Assembly: GCA_025936595.1 (NCBI GenBank)
Contig: JAICTB010000001.1
Coordinates: 1-34,977, forward strand
DNA: 34,977 bases
Origin: Thermoleophilia bacterium
GTDB lineage: Bacteria; Actinomycetota; Thermoleophilia; Gaiellales; Gaiellaceae
Reading direction: 5' to 3'
The notes beneath the pieces were generated by a model. It saw only the letters and a program-made list of their open reading frames with translations. It did no database searches and was not told where the DNA came from. Positions 24,894-33,640 of this stretch are shown piece after piece. The translations under genes were made by a program, and so were the position numbers. Each line of letters begins with the position of its first letter. Position 1 is the first letter of the stretch.

Positions 24894-25577
24894 CTACCCT
24901 CGCGTCCAGATGCGGAAGCCGGCCGGATCGTCATACCCGTCGGCGATCTCCTCGAGAACGACCGCCGCGTCCTTGCGCCGCCACCCGAGCGCGCCGGCAA
25001 GGTCTGCGGCGGTCAGCTCGCCTGCGTGCGCGAGCACGATCGAAGCGAGCTCGCGGCGGGCGTCCTCCCGTGCCAGACGACGCTTCGGCAGCTTCCACTT
25101 TCGCGCCGTCAGATCGTGCGCGAGCGTCCCCCAGGTGCTGCCCTCGTGGACGAGATGCGATGTCGTGAGGACGAGCCGGTGGTGGAGCGAGGCGATGGAA
25201 CGATCGACCTCCTTCTTCCCGAGCCCCGTTACCTCGCGGAGCTGCGGACCGGTCAGCGGGCCGAGCTCGCGGATCGCCCCCGCGACCGGGTCGTCCTCGT
25301 CCGGCTCACCGTTCGCGGCTGTGAGTGCCGGGAGGAGACGCGGCGCGACGCAGGCGACCGAGCGTGCGAGATGCCTGCCGACGCACGCGAGGCCGCGGCC
25401 GGGAAGCTCGTCCTTCGCCCACCAGAAGAAGTTCATCTCCTCGCTCTCCCAGACGGTCTCCTGGAGGCCCGATACCTGCTCCCAGAGCGACGGCAGCACG
25501 ACGTCGGCTTTCGGGAAGAGCAGCGCGAGGCCCACCCTGTCGATCCACGCCGCTGCCCGCGGCACCGTCCTGATCAC
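24894..25577 (-). CDS. Hypothetical protein, possible short winged-helix (YcaQ/AlkZ-like) protein
   Basis: The 227-aa product contains GLALLFPKADVVLPSLWEQV and FFWWAKDEL, which recall the N-terminal half of the HTH_42/YcaQ family. It is about half the usual length. The start is a GTG at 25577. Assignment is by eye only. Confidence 0.5.
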   Translation of the reverse strand: MIRTVPRAAAWIDRVGLALLFPKADVVLPSLWEQVSGLQETVWESEEMNFFWWAKDELPGRGLACVGRHLARSVACVAPRLLPALTAANGEPDEDDPVAGAIRELGPLTGPQLREVTGLGKKEVDRSIASLHHRLVLTTSHLVHEGSTWGTLAHDLTARKWKLPKRRLAREDARRELASIVLAHAGELTAADLAGALGWRRKDAAVVLEEIADGYDDPAGFRIWTRG

Positions 25578-25595
25578 GCTGTCTAGTCTGACGGA

Positions 25596-26627
25596 GTGCC
25601 CGTCGTCGAGCCCTTTCGCGCGCTTCGCTATGACACCGGGGCGGCGGGGCCGCTGGAGACGCTGGTCGCGCCGCCGTACGACGTGATCTCACCGCAGCAG
25701 CGCGAGTCGTATCTCGCGCGAAGCGCGTACAACGTCGTCCACCTGACGCTGCCGGACTCGGAGGAGCAGGCGGCGCGCGACCTCACCGACTGGCGTGCGC
25801 GCGGCGTGCTCTCGCAGGAGCGCGAGCTCTACTGGTGGGTCGCACAGGACTACGTCGGCCCCGACGGCGTAGCACGCACGCGCGAAGGCTTTGCTGCGTC
25901 TGTGCCCGTCACGCCGTACGGAGCCGGGGACGTGCTTCCCCACGAGCGCACGCACGCCGGCCCGAAAGAAGGGCGGCTCCGCCTGCTGCGCGCGACGCAG
26001 ACCCAGCTCGAGCCGATCTTCCTGCTCTACGACGCGCCGCCCGTCTTCGCGCGCCCGGAGACGGAGCCGGCGGTCGACGTCGAGGAGAGCGGTGTGCGCA
26101 CGCGCATGTGGCCGGTCGAAGGCGGCGCGGAGACGCTCGAGACGCCGCTCCTGATCGCCGACGGTCACCACCGGTATGAGACCGCCGTCGCCTATCGCAC
26201 CGAGAACCCCGCCGCGACGCACACCTTCGCGATCCTCGTCTCGTCCCGGGCGCCGGGGCTCGAGATCTTCCCCACGCACCGGATCGTGGAGCAGGTCGGA
26301 GATGTTCCCGGCGAGCGAGTCGATGGTCCGGGCGACGGCGTCACGCTTTACCGCGACGGCGTCTACACCCGCGTCGAGAGTGGCGACGACTTCGGACCGC
26401 GGGTCGTCGAGTCGTTTGCACCAGCGGGCGTCTCCTACACGGCGTACGCCGACGAGGCAATCGCCACCGTGGACCGCGGCGACGCGGACGCGGCTTTCCT
26501 GCTGCAGCCCGTGACGGTCGAGCAGGTCGCGCGCTTTGCGCGCGCGGGCGAGACGATGCCGCAGAAGTCGACGTTCTTCTTCCCCAAGCTCACCTCCGGC
26601 CTGCTGTTTCACCCCGTTGACGCCTGA
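25596..26627 (+). CDS. DUF1015 domain protein
   Basis: The N-terminus (GTG)PVVEPFRALRYD and the segments APPYDVIS, VLPHERT and LIADGHHRYETA are hallmark DUF1015 motifs. Confidence 0.85.
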   Translation: MPVVEPFRALRYDTGAAGPLETLVAPPYDVISPQQRESYLARSAYNVVHLTLPDSEEQAARDLTDWRARGVLSQERELYWWVAQDYVGPDGVARTREGFAASVPVTPYGAGDVLPHERTHAGPKEGRLRLLRATQTQLEPIFLLYDAPPVFARPETEPAVDVEESGVRTRMWPVEGGAETLETPLLIADGHHRYETAVAYRTENPAATHTFAILVSSRAPGLEIFPTHRIVEQVGDVPGERVDGPGDGVTLYRDGVYTRVESGDDFGPRVVESFAPAGVSYTAYADEAIATVDRGDADAAFLLQPVTVEQVARFARAGETMPQKSTFFFPKLTSGLLFHPVDA

Positions 26628-27405
26628 TTGGCTTTCGCTCTGCCGCGCGGCGCGCGGCGACGTGGCGCGCGTGCTGACGGAGCTGCCGGGACGTGCCGAG
26701 CGGGAGCCGGTCGTCGGCGCGGGCGAGGGTGGCGACGACACGACTGCGATCGACGCGGCGGCGGAGCAGGTCATCCTCGACCGCTTTCGCGGCGAGGACG
26801 TGAAGCTGGTGAGCGAGGAGGTCGGCATGCTCGGCAACGGCCAGTGGACCGTGGTGATCGATCCGATCGATGGCTCGCTGAACGCGAAGCGCGGCATCCC
26901 GTTCTTCTCGATCTCGATCGCCGTCGCCGACGGCGACACGATGGATGACGTCGTCTTCGGCTACGTGCACGACTACGGCACAGGCGAGGAGTGGACGGCG
27001 ACGCGCGGCGGCGGCGCCTTGCTGAACGGCCGGCCGCTGACCGAGCGGCCGAAGGACGAGCTGGAGATCCTCTCCTTCGAGGCGACGACGCTCGAATACG
27101 TGACGGAGAACGCCGCGCGCTTCACCGGTGTTGCGCACCGGCTGCGCATCATGGGCTCGCTTGCGATCACGCTCTGCCATCTCGCGGCCGGACGGGTGGA
27201 CGGCGTTGTCTCGTTGAAGGCGGCGCGGTCCGTCGACATCGCTGCGGCACAGTTGCTCGTCCGCGAGCGCGGCTTTTGCATCCAGCTTCCCGAGGCGCCG
27301 CCGTTCGGCTCGGCGCCGCTCGACCTCGCCGCACGTTCACGCGTCGCCGCAGCGGGCAGTGAAGAGCTGTGCAGGAGCCTCGCGACAGCGCTTACGAGCG
27401 GATAA
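26617..27405 (+). CDS. Inositol monophosphatase / FBPase family protein
   Basis: The product contains VSEEVG, VVIDPIDGSLNAKRG and a WTVVIDPIDG-type metal motif, with MGSLAITLCHLAAGRVDG later. The TTG at 26617 gives MTPDWLSLCRAA; the start is uncertain. Confidence 0.82.
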   Translation: MTPDWLSLCRAARGDVARVLTELPGRAEREPVVGAGEGGDDTTAIDAAAEQVILDRFRGEDVKLVSEEVGMLGNGQWTVVIDPIDGSLNAKRGIPFFSISIAVADGDTMDDVVFGYVHDYGTGEEWTATRGGGALLNGRPLTERPKDELEILSFEATTLEYVTENAARFTGVAHRLRIMGSLAITLCHLAAGRVDGVVSLKAARSVDIAAAQLLVRERGFCIQLPEAPPFGSAPLDLAARSRVAAAGSEELCRSLATALTSG

Positions 27406-28148
27406 GGATCGGCTGCTCAGGCTGGAACTACGCGCACTGGCGGAACGGGGTCTTCTACCCGCCGCGGCTTGCGGCGAAGGAGTGGCTTCGCTTCTATGCC
27501 CGGAGCTTCGACACCGTCGAGGTGAACACCACCTTCTACCGGCTACCCCGCGCGTCGAGCGTCGCGCGCTGGGTCGCCGAGTCGCCGCAGGGCTTCGCCT
27601 TCGCGGTGAAGGTCAGCCGCTACATCACGCACACCAAGCGCCTGCTCGAGGTGCCGCAGCACCTGCCGCTCCTCTACGAGCGGATCGCGCCGCTTCTGCG
27701 CTCGCCGAAGCTCGGCCCGCTCCTGTGGCAGCTCCCGCCGACGTTCAAGGTCGACCTCGACCGTCTCGCGAGTGCGCTCGAGCACCTGCACGACGGCCGC
27801 CGGCACGCCTTCGAGTTCCGCCACGAATCGTGGTTCTGCGAGGAGGTCTACACCCTCCTGCGCGAGCACCGGGTGGCGCTCGTGATCGGCGACCGGCCTC
27901 AGGTCGACGCGTTTCAGGCGCGCGAGCTGACGGCCGACTTCACCTTCGTCCGTTTCCACAGCGGCACGCGCGGGCGGAACGGCAATTACTCGCACCGCGA
28001 GCTGGACGAGTGGGCGGAGCGGCTTGAGCGCTGGTCACGCGACGCCGAAGTCTTCGCGTACTTCAACAACGACTGGGAGGGATTCGCGATCGAGAACGCC
28101 CGCTACCTGAAGGCGCGGCTCGGGCGCTTCGCTAGGCTCGAGGCATGA
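27369..28148 (+). CDS. DUF72 domain protein
   Basis: The product contains IRIGCSGWNYAHW, FDTVEVNTTFYRLP, FAVKVSRYITH and FEFRHESW. The GTG at 27369 is the only in-frame start upstream of the conserved N-terminus and overlaps the IMPase gene by 37 nt. Confidence 0.82.
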   Translation: MQEPRDSAYERIRIGCSGWNYAHWRNGVFYPPRLAAKEWLRFYARSFDTVEVNTTFYRLPRASSVARWVAESPQGFAFAVKVSRYITHTKRLLEVPQHLPLLYERIAPLLRSPKLGPLLWQLPPTFKVDLDRLASALEHLHDGRRHAFEFRHESWFCEEVYTLLREHRVALVIGDRPQVDAFQARELTADFTFVRFHSGTRGRNGNYSHRELDEWAERLERWSRDAEVFAYFNNDWEGFAIENARYLKARLGRFARLEA

Positions 28149-29206
28149 TCACGCGCGAAGAGATCCTGGCTGCGCTCTCCAGGGTGATCGATCCCGAGCT
28201 GCGCCGCCCGGTGACGGAGCTCGACATGGTGCGCGACGTGTCGATCGACGGGTCCGAGGTCGCGGTGACGATCGCGCTGACCGTCGTCGGGTGCCCGCTA
28301 CGCTCGAGCTTCGAGGATCAGGTCGCCGAGCACGTCGGAACGCTCCCCGCGGTGTCGAAGGTGACGCTCCGCTTCGACGTGATGTCGCCCGACGAGCGTG
28401 CGGCTCTGACGACGAAGCTGCGCGGCGACGTCGAGACGAAGGGCATCAAGATCTCGCCGCGGACGCGGGTGCTCGCGGTCGCCTCGGGTAAGGGCGGCGT
28501 CGGCAAGTCGTCGCTCACCGTCAATCTCGCGGCGGCGCTCGCGCAGCAGGGGCACGAGGTCGGGATCATCGACGCCGACATCTACGGCCACTCGATCCCG
28601 CACATGCTCGGCATCCAGCGGAAGCCGGTCGTCGTCGACAAGATGATCGTGCCGCCGGTCGCGCACGACATGCGCCTCATGTCGATCGGATTCTTCCTCG
28701 ACGACAACCAGCCGGTGATGTGGCGCGGCCCGATGCTGCATCGTGCGCTGGAGCAGTTCCTGCAGGACGTCCACTGGGGCGAGCTCGACGTACTCGTCGT
28801 CGACATGCCGCCCGGCACCGGCGACGTCTCGATCTCGCTCGGCCAGTTGCTGCCGCGCGCGGAGGCGATCGTTGTCACCACGCCGCAGCCGCTCGCGCAG
28901 GAAGTCGCCTCGCGCGCCGCGACGATGGCGCAGAAGACGGGCATGCGTGTCGTCGGGGTGATCGAGAACATGACCTCCGACGTCTTCGGCGCAGGCGGCG
29001 GCGAGCGGCTCGCGAACGAGCTCGGCGTGCCGCTCCTCGGGAGCGTCCCGCTCGACGCGCGCGTGCGCGAAGCCGCGGATGCCGGCGAGCCGCTCGTCAC
29101 GCGCGATCCCGACTGCGAGCCGGCGCAGGCGATCCTCGCGATCGCGCACGCCATCGACGAGAGCCGCGCCGGCGGCTTCACACGCACGCTTCCGCTCGTC
29201 TCGTAG
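28145..29206 (+). CDS. mrp: Mrp/NBP35/ApbC-family Fe-S cluster carrier ATPase
   Basis: An N-terminal DUF59-like segment (ILAALSRVIDPELRRPVTELDMV) is followed by the deviant Walker A VASGKGGVGKSS and then DMPPGTGD. There is an ATGA overlap with the DUF72 gene. Confidence 0.92.
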   Translation: MITREEILAALSRVIDPELRRPVTELDMVRDVSIDGSEVAVTIALTVVGCPLRSSFEDQVAEHVGTLPAVSKVTLRFDVMSPDERAALTTKLRGDVETKGIKISPRTRVLAVASGKGGVGKSSLTVNLAAALAQQGHEVGIIDADIYGHSIPHMLGIQRKPVVVDKMIVPPVAHDMRLMSIGFFLDDNQPVMWRGPMLHRALEQFLQDVHWGELDVLVVDMPPGTGDVSISLGQLLPRAEAIVVTTPQPLAQEVASRAATMAQKTGMRVVGVIENMTSDVFGAGGGERLANELGVPLLGSVPLDARVREAADAGEPLVTRDPDCEPAQAILAIAHAIDESRAGGFTRTLPLVS

Positions 29207-29212
29207 CAGCCG

Positions 29213-29875
29213 TTGGCTGCGGCGGCGTTCTTCGATCTCGACCGGACCCTGATCCGCCGCTCGTCGGTGCTGGCACTGGCGGGATCGTTCCGTCAGCGCG
29301 GGCTGATCTCCCGCCTCGACCTTGCGAAGTCGGCGTTCTGGCAGGTGCTATTCGTGCTTCGCGGCGCAAGCGCCGAGCGGGTGCGCCGCGCGTCGGAGGA
29401 CGGCATGAAGATCCTCTCGGGGTTCACGGTCGAGGACATGCAGGCCCTCGTGGGCGACGCGATGGAGCCGGTGCTCCGCCCGCTTGTCTACGACGAGCCG
29501 CTGCACCTCGTCCGGCGGCACCGCGAGCAAGGCGAGCGCGTCTACATCGTGTCGGCGACCTTGCAGGAGATCGTGCAGCACATCGCCGACGACCTCGGCT
29601 TCGACGGGGCGATCGGCTCGACCTGCGAGATCGCCGACGGTGTCTACACGGGCCGCTCCCTCCGTGCGGCGCACGGCGAAGGGAAGGCCGAGGCGATCCG
29701 CGAGCTGGCGACGGTGGAGGGCCTCGACCTCGCCGCGTGCACCGCGTACTCGGACTCCCACACCGACGTGCCGTTCCTCGAGGCGGTCGGGCATCCCGTC
29801 GCGGCGAATCCAGACCGGAAGCTGCGCCGGATCGCGCGGAGGCGCGGATGGCCGGTGATTCGATTTGCGTCCTGA
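29213..29875 (+). CDS. HAD-IB family hydrolase (SerB-like)
   Basis: The product contains FFDLDRTL (HAD motif I), IVSATL (motif II), and KAEAI and YSDSHTDVPFL (motifs III/IV). The start is a TTG at 29213. Confidence 0.85.
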   Translation: MAAAAFFDLDRTLIRRSSVLALAGSFRQRGLISRLDLAKSAFWQVLFVLRGASAERVRRASEDGMKILSGFTVEDMQALVGDAMEPVLRPLVYDEPLHLVRRHREQGERVYIVSATLQEIVQHIADDLGFDGAIGSTCEIADGVYTGRSLRAAHGEGKAEAIRELATVEGLDLAACTAYSDSHTDVPFLEAVGHPVAANPDRKLRRIARRRGWPVIRFAS

Positions 29876-30611
29876 GGAGGCGCGCCCGCGGCTCGCGGCG
29901 CTCGGCTTCGGGCCTGAGGACACCGAGACGCTGGCGGCGCACTTCCTGGACGCGGAGGCGCGCGGCCAGCTCGGACACGGCCTCTCGCGGATCGAATGGC
30001 TCGAGACGTGGGAGGCGATCGACACCGGGGCGCGGCCCCATCGGGTCGTAGCGGAGGCGGGATACGAGCGCTGGGACGGGAACGGGGCGCTCGGCTACCT
30101 GACGCTCGGCGCCGTCGTCGCTGCACAGCTCGCTGCTCCCCCCGAGCGTGCACGGCTCGCGGTCTGCTCGAACACGTTTCCGACCGGCTCGCTCGGCTAC
30201 TGGGTGCGGCAGCTCGCCGACGGCGGGCTCGTCGCGCTGCTGACGGCGACTTCGCCGCGCCGCCTCGGCCCTCCCGGGGGCGGCGAGCCGCTCGCGGGGA
30301 CGAACCCGCTCGCGATCGCCGTTCCGTCCTCCGACGGCCGCCCGATCGTCGCCGACGTTTCGATGGGCGCGGTCACGTACGGCGCTGTGCTTGCGGGTCA
30401 CGCGCAGCCCGAGGAGCTCGTGCCGTTCGGCGGGCCGCAGGCGCACAAGGCGTTCGCACTGGCCGTCGGCCTCCAGCTCGTCGTGGACGCGTTGAACCCT
30501 GCGGACGGCTTCGGAGCGGTACTGCTCGTCGCGCGGCCGGAGGCCGACCCGGTGCCCGCGCTCCGGGAGCTCGCAGGTGTGGTACGTCTACCCGGTGACC
30601 GGAGCGCCTAG
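29865..30611 (+). CDS. Ldh_2 (malate/L-lactate dehydrogenase 2) family oxidoreductase-like protein, short
   Basis: The product contains LDAEARGQLGHGLSRI, GTNPLAIAVP and HKAFALAV, which follow the Ldh_2 family pattern. It is 248 aa, against about 340 aa typical. The TTG start overlaps the HAD gene by 11 nt. Confidence 0.65.
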   Translation: MRPEEARPRLAALGFGPEDTETLAAHFLDAEARGQLGHGLSRIEWLETWEAIDTGARPHRVVAEAGYERWDGNGALGYLTLGAVVAAQLAAPPERARLAVCSNTFPTGSLGYWVRQLADGGLVALLTATSPRRLGPPGGGEPLAGTNPLAIAVPSSDGRPIVADVSMGAVTYGAVLAGHAQPEELVPFGGPQAHKAFALAVGLQLVVDALNPADGFGAVLLVARPEADPVPALRELAGVVRLPGDRSA

Positions 30612-31212
30612 GAACCTCTTCGTAGGCGGGACCGACGGCAACGAGCGGTTGACGGCCGCCACCGCGGTCGTCCTGCTCGTGCTGCTCGCCGCGGAGGGCG
30701 CGACGATCCTCGCGATCGGGCGGCTGCTGCTGCCTCATATCTTCCTCGGGTTCCTGTTGATTCCGCCGGTGCTGCTCAAGCTCGCGAGCACCGGCTGGCG
30801 CATGCTGCGCTACTACGGGCACGCCGACGAGTACGTCCGCCGCGGCCCGCCGGCGATGCTGCTCCGTGTCCTCGTTGCGCCGATCACCGTTCTCGCAACG
30901 ATCGTCTTGTTCGGCAGCGGCGTCGCGGTGGTTGCGCTCGGCCGTGAGGGACTGCTGCTCGGCGTGCACAAGGTGAGCTTCATCGTCTGGTTCGCGGCGA
31001 TGTCCGTCCATGTCCTTGCGCACGTCCTCGAGCTGCCTCGTCTGATCGCCGTCGACTGGTGGAGGCAAGACCGCCTCGGCGGGCGGCGCTTGCGTCAGGT
31101 GGTGGTGGCGGGAGCGCTCGTCGCCGGGCTCGCGCTCGCGTTCGCGACGTTGCCGCTGGTCGATCACTGGCAGGACCGCGTCACCGCGGTCGCGGGATTC
31201 GACGCGTACTAG
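30577..31212 (+). CDS. Hypothetical integral membrane protein (about 4 TM)
   Basis: Hydrophobic segments flank conserved-looking NERLT, LKLASTGWRMLRYYG and GVHKVSFIVWF stretches. The start is ambiguous: GTG 30577, GTG 30595 or TTG 30649. Confidence 0.55.
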   Translation: MWYVYPVTGAPRNLFVGGTDGNERLTAATAVVLLVLLAAEGATILAIGRLLLPHIFLGFLLIPPVLLKLASTGWRMLRYYGHADEYVRRGPPAMLLRVLVAPITVLATIVLFGSGVAVVALGREGLLLGVHKVSFIVWFAAMSVHVLAHVLELPRLIAVDWWRQDRLGGRRLRQVVVAGALVAGLALAFATLPLVDHWQDRVTAVAGFDAY

Positions 31213-31826
31213 CCCGGGAAGCCGGGCTCGCCGCGGATCGACGCGAAGTCGGAGTCGGCTCGCGCTCGTTCGGCCCACCTCGGGTCGAGCTCGACCGCTC
31301 GCTGGAGATGCAGCAGTGCGTCGAGTCGACGTCCGCCGCGCGTCTCCATGCAGGCCAGGTTGTACAGCAGCGCCGGATGATCGGGGTCTTCCGCGAGCGC
31401 CTCCTCGTGGATGCGGATCGCGTCGTCCCAGCGCTCCTCGCGCGCGGCGGGCACCGCCGCGAACATCGCCTCCCACGGCGAGACGACGAACGGCTCGCCG
31501 GGCAGGCCGCCCAGCGCGAGCACGAGCGTGTCGTCGTCGAGCGCGACGGCGCCGCGCCGGAGCGACGGCTCGCGAACGAACACGAGCTGCCCGGGGGCGA
31601 GCTCGTGCTCGTTCCCGTCGACGGTGAACAGGGCGCGCCCGCGCAGCACGAGGTAGATCTCCTCGTGCCCCGAGGATTCGCTGTGCTCCTCCACGACCTG
31701 CGCACCCGCCTCGCGCGCCGTGTAGGCATTGACACCGAAGGCGCGGATGTCGAACGCGCGGCGGATCGGCCGCCAGACGAAGCCGTCCGGCATCTCGATC
31801 CGGTCGAGCTCGTCGACGTGACGCAC
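31209..31826 (-). CDS. Cupin domain plus C-terminal TPR-like helical domain protein (paralogue 2)
   Basis: The cupin core is FGVNAYTAREAGAQVVEEHSESSGHEEIYLVLRGRALFTVDG. The tail is ALLYNLACMETRGGRRLDALLHLQRAVELDP. The GTG at 31826 was chosen by alignment with the upstream paralogue, and GGAG lies about 11 nt upstream. Confidence 0.62.
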   Translation of the reverse strand: MRHVDELDRIEMPDGFVWRPIRRAFDIRAFGVNAYTAREAGAQVVEEHSESSGHEEIYLVLRGRALFTVDGNEHELAPGQLVFVREPSLRRGAVALDDDTLVLALGGLPGEPFVVSPWEAMFAAVPAAREERWDDAIRIHEEALAEDPDHPALLYNLACMETRGGRRLDALLHLQRAVELDPRWAERARADSDFASIRGEPGFPG

Positions 31827-31897
31827 GCCGATCCCCGCTCCGGCGGCGGCAAAGCCGCAGCCTGCGCTCCTGGGCGGCTCCGTCGAGCCTACGCCGC

Positions 31898-32539
31898 TCA
31901 ACCGACGAGCTCCGTGAAGCGTGGATCGTCGCGGAGCCCGTCGAAGTCGCTGTCGCCCGCTGCGTAGTCGCGCGCACTGCGATCGAGCTCGATCGCCCGA
32001 CGCAGGTGGCCGAGCGCCGCATCGCTGTCGCCGGCGAGCGCCTCGTAGCACGCGGCGTTGTAGGCGCCTTGCCACGCATCCGGGTCACGTGCGACCGCCT
32101 CGCGATAGAGGGCGCGGCCTCCCTCGGGATCCCCCGCGTGCAGATGCGCATACGCGACGTAGAAGTCCTCCCAGCCGGACGGCTCGAACGCCTCGCCGGG
32201 CTTGGCGCCCATCGCGAGGACCATCGTTCCCGGCTCGAGCGCGCTCGCTTCGCGCAGCGTTCCCGGTGGGGCGTGCACGAGCGTCCCGACCGGCGCGACG
32301 AACGTCTCGTCGCCGAGCGTGAACCGCGCCTGGCCCCGAAGAACGACGTACAGCTCCTCCGCGCCGTCCGTTTCCCGGTGGCGCTCGATCACCTGATCGC
32401 CTGCCGCAGGCCCTTCCCAGACGTTGATGCCGAACGGACGGAATCCGAGCCGACGGCGCAGCGGACGGAGCACGTACGACGCGCTCGTCGACGGATAGCG
32501 GTCGAGCTCGTCGATCGAGAGGACCTCGTAACTGCTCAT
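31898..32539 (-). CDS. Cupin domain plus C-terminal TPR-like helical domain protein (paralogue 1)
   Basis: The product starts MSSYEVLSIDELDRYP. The cupin core is FGINVWEGPAAGDQVIERHRETDGAEELYVVLRGQARFTLG and the tail is GAYNAACYEALAGDSDAALGHLRRAIELD. The ATG at 32539 overlaps the DUF1028 stop (ATGA). Confidence 0.7.
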   Translation of the reverse strand: MSSYEVLSIDELDRYPSTSASYVLRPLRRRLGFRPFGINVWEGPAAGDQVIERHRETDGAEELYVVLRGQARFTLGDETFVAPVGTLVHAPPGTLREASALEPGTMVLAMGAKPGEAFEPSGWEDFYVAYAHLHAGDPEGGRALYREAVARDPDAWQGAYNAACYEALAGDSDAALGHLRRAIELDRSARDYAAGDSDFDGLRDDPRFTELVG

Positions 32540-33381
32540 CGCGCGCGCAGCTCCGCGAGCACGACTGGGTCGACGCGCTCGATGCCGGCCACTCGCTCCT
32601 CGAGGTTCTCGGTTCCCGCCCATGCGGCGAGCGCCGCAGCGAGCTCTCCGTCGTACCCGAGGCGCCGCAGCCGCTCCTCCAGCTCCGCGCGCAGCGCGTC
32701 GTCAACCTCGAGCCATTCGGCGCGCGGCGTCTTGCCGAAGAGGAGCGCGTGTATGTCATGCAGGCGCACGAGCTCGCTCACAGGCTGTGCGTGGTCGTCG
32801 ACGCGCAGGTCGACCAGCACGTCGCTCAACCCCGCATAGCCTTCGTCGCGCTCGACCACGAGGAGCGCGGCCGACTGCTGCCCGCGACGGTCGCCTCCGG
32901 CCGCCTGCGCTGCGGCCAGGCACTCGAGCAGCCGCTCCGCGAGGGGGCGGCCGCCGGTCGCGGTGAAGGTCCGCGCAAGGGCTCCAACCGTCTCCTCGCC
33001 GACGAGGATGTTGCCCTGCGCCGCGAACTCCGGCCCCGTCAGGCCGCCCGCCCAGTCCATGCACGCAGCGCCGGTGTACGTCGCGCTGCCGCCGGTTGCG
33101 TCCACCACTCCGAGCTGCCGCTCGTCGCGGCCGTCGTCCGCCTCGGTCAGCCGCGCGACGACCTCCGAGGCGGCCAGGCCCTCGCGCAGGAGCGCGAGCC
33201 CGGCCGGGCCGTAGCGCGGGTTCGCGTAAGCCTGCGTCGCGATCGCGCCGACGCCCGGCTCCGCCCACGGCACGACCGATCCGACCGCGAGGAACTTCGA
33301 CTGCGTCGCGACGCCCCACTGCCCGGCGTCGAGATCGCATGCCGCGATCGAGTACGTGGCGACGATCGGCTGTTCAGCCAT
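32536..33381 (-). CDS. DUF1028 (Ntn-hydrolase fold) protein with a C-terminal peptidoglycan-binding-like extension
   Basis: The N-terminus MAEQPIVATYSIAACD has the TYSI motif. The product also contains GVATQSKFLAVGSVVPWA, GAIATQA, GGDRRGQQSAALLV and a C-terminal helical tail. Confidence 0.82.
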   Translation of the reverse strand: MAEQPIVATYSIAACDLDAGQWGVATQSKFLAVGSVVPWAEPGVGAIATQAYANPRYGPAGLALLREGLAASEVVARLTEADDGRDERQLGVVDATGGSATYTGAACMDWAGGLTGPEFAAQGNILVGEETVGALARTFTATGGRPLAERLLECLAAAQAAGGDRRGQQSAALLVVERDEGYAGLSDVLVDLRVDDHAQPVSELVRLHDIHALLFGKTPRAEWLEVDDALRAELEERLRRLGYDGELAAALAAWAGTENLEERVAGIERVDPVVLAELRAR

Positions 33382-33640
33382 AGGTGAGCTCTGTCAGGTC
33401 GAGGTCGAGGAGCGCCGGGTCGCCGACGAGCGCCACCGCCACCTCCGGCCGGGCGAGCGCCGCCTTCACCTCGTCCGCGGTCGCGGCGCGCACGGCAACC
33501 GGGCGCCCTTCCGCGTGCGCGGCGCGAAGCGCATCGGGATCCAGCCCGTCGAGGACGAGCGCGCCTTCGAGCTCGAGCTCCCCTTCGAGCGCGATCTCGG
33601 GCACGCGGCGCCCGGTCGCACCGAACCAGCGCTCTCTCAA
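33374..33640 (-). CDS. Small hypothetical protein (88 aa if TTG start)
   Basis: This is the only plausible coding part of the 488-aa ORF 33374..34840. Third-codon positions are GC-rich, as in the neighbouring genes. The TTG at 33640 overlaps the MBL gene stop (TTGA), and its own stop overlaps the DUF1028 start by 8 nt. An alternative GTG start would give about 75 aa. I recognised no family. Confidence 0.4.
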   Translation of the reverse strand: MRERWFGATGRRVPEIALEGELELEGALVLDGLDPDALRAAHAEGRPVAVRAATADEVKAALARPEVAVALVGDPALLDLDLTELTYG

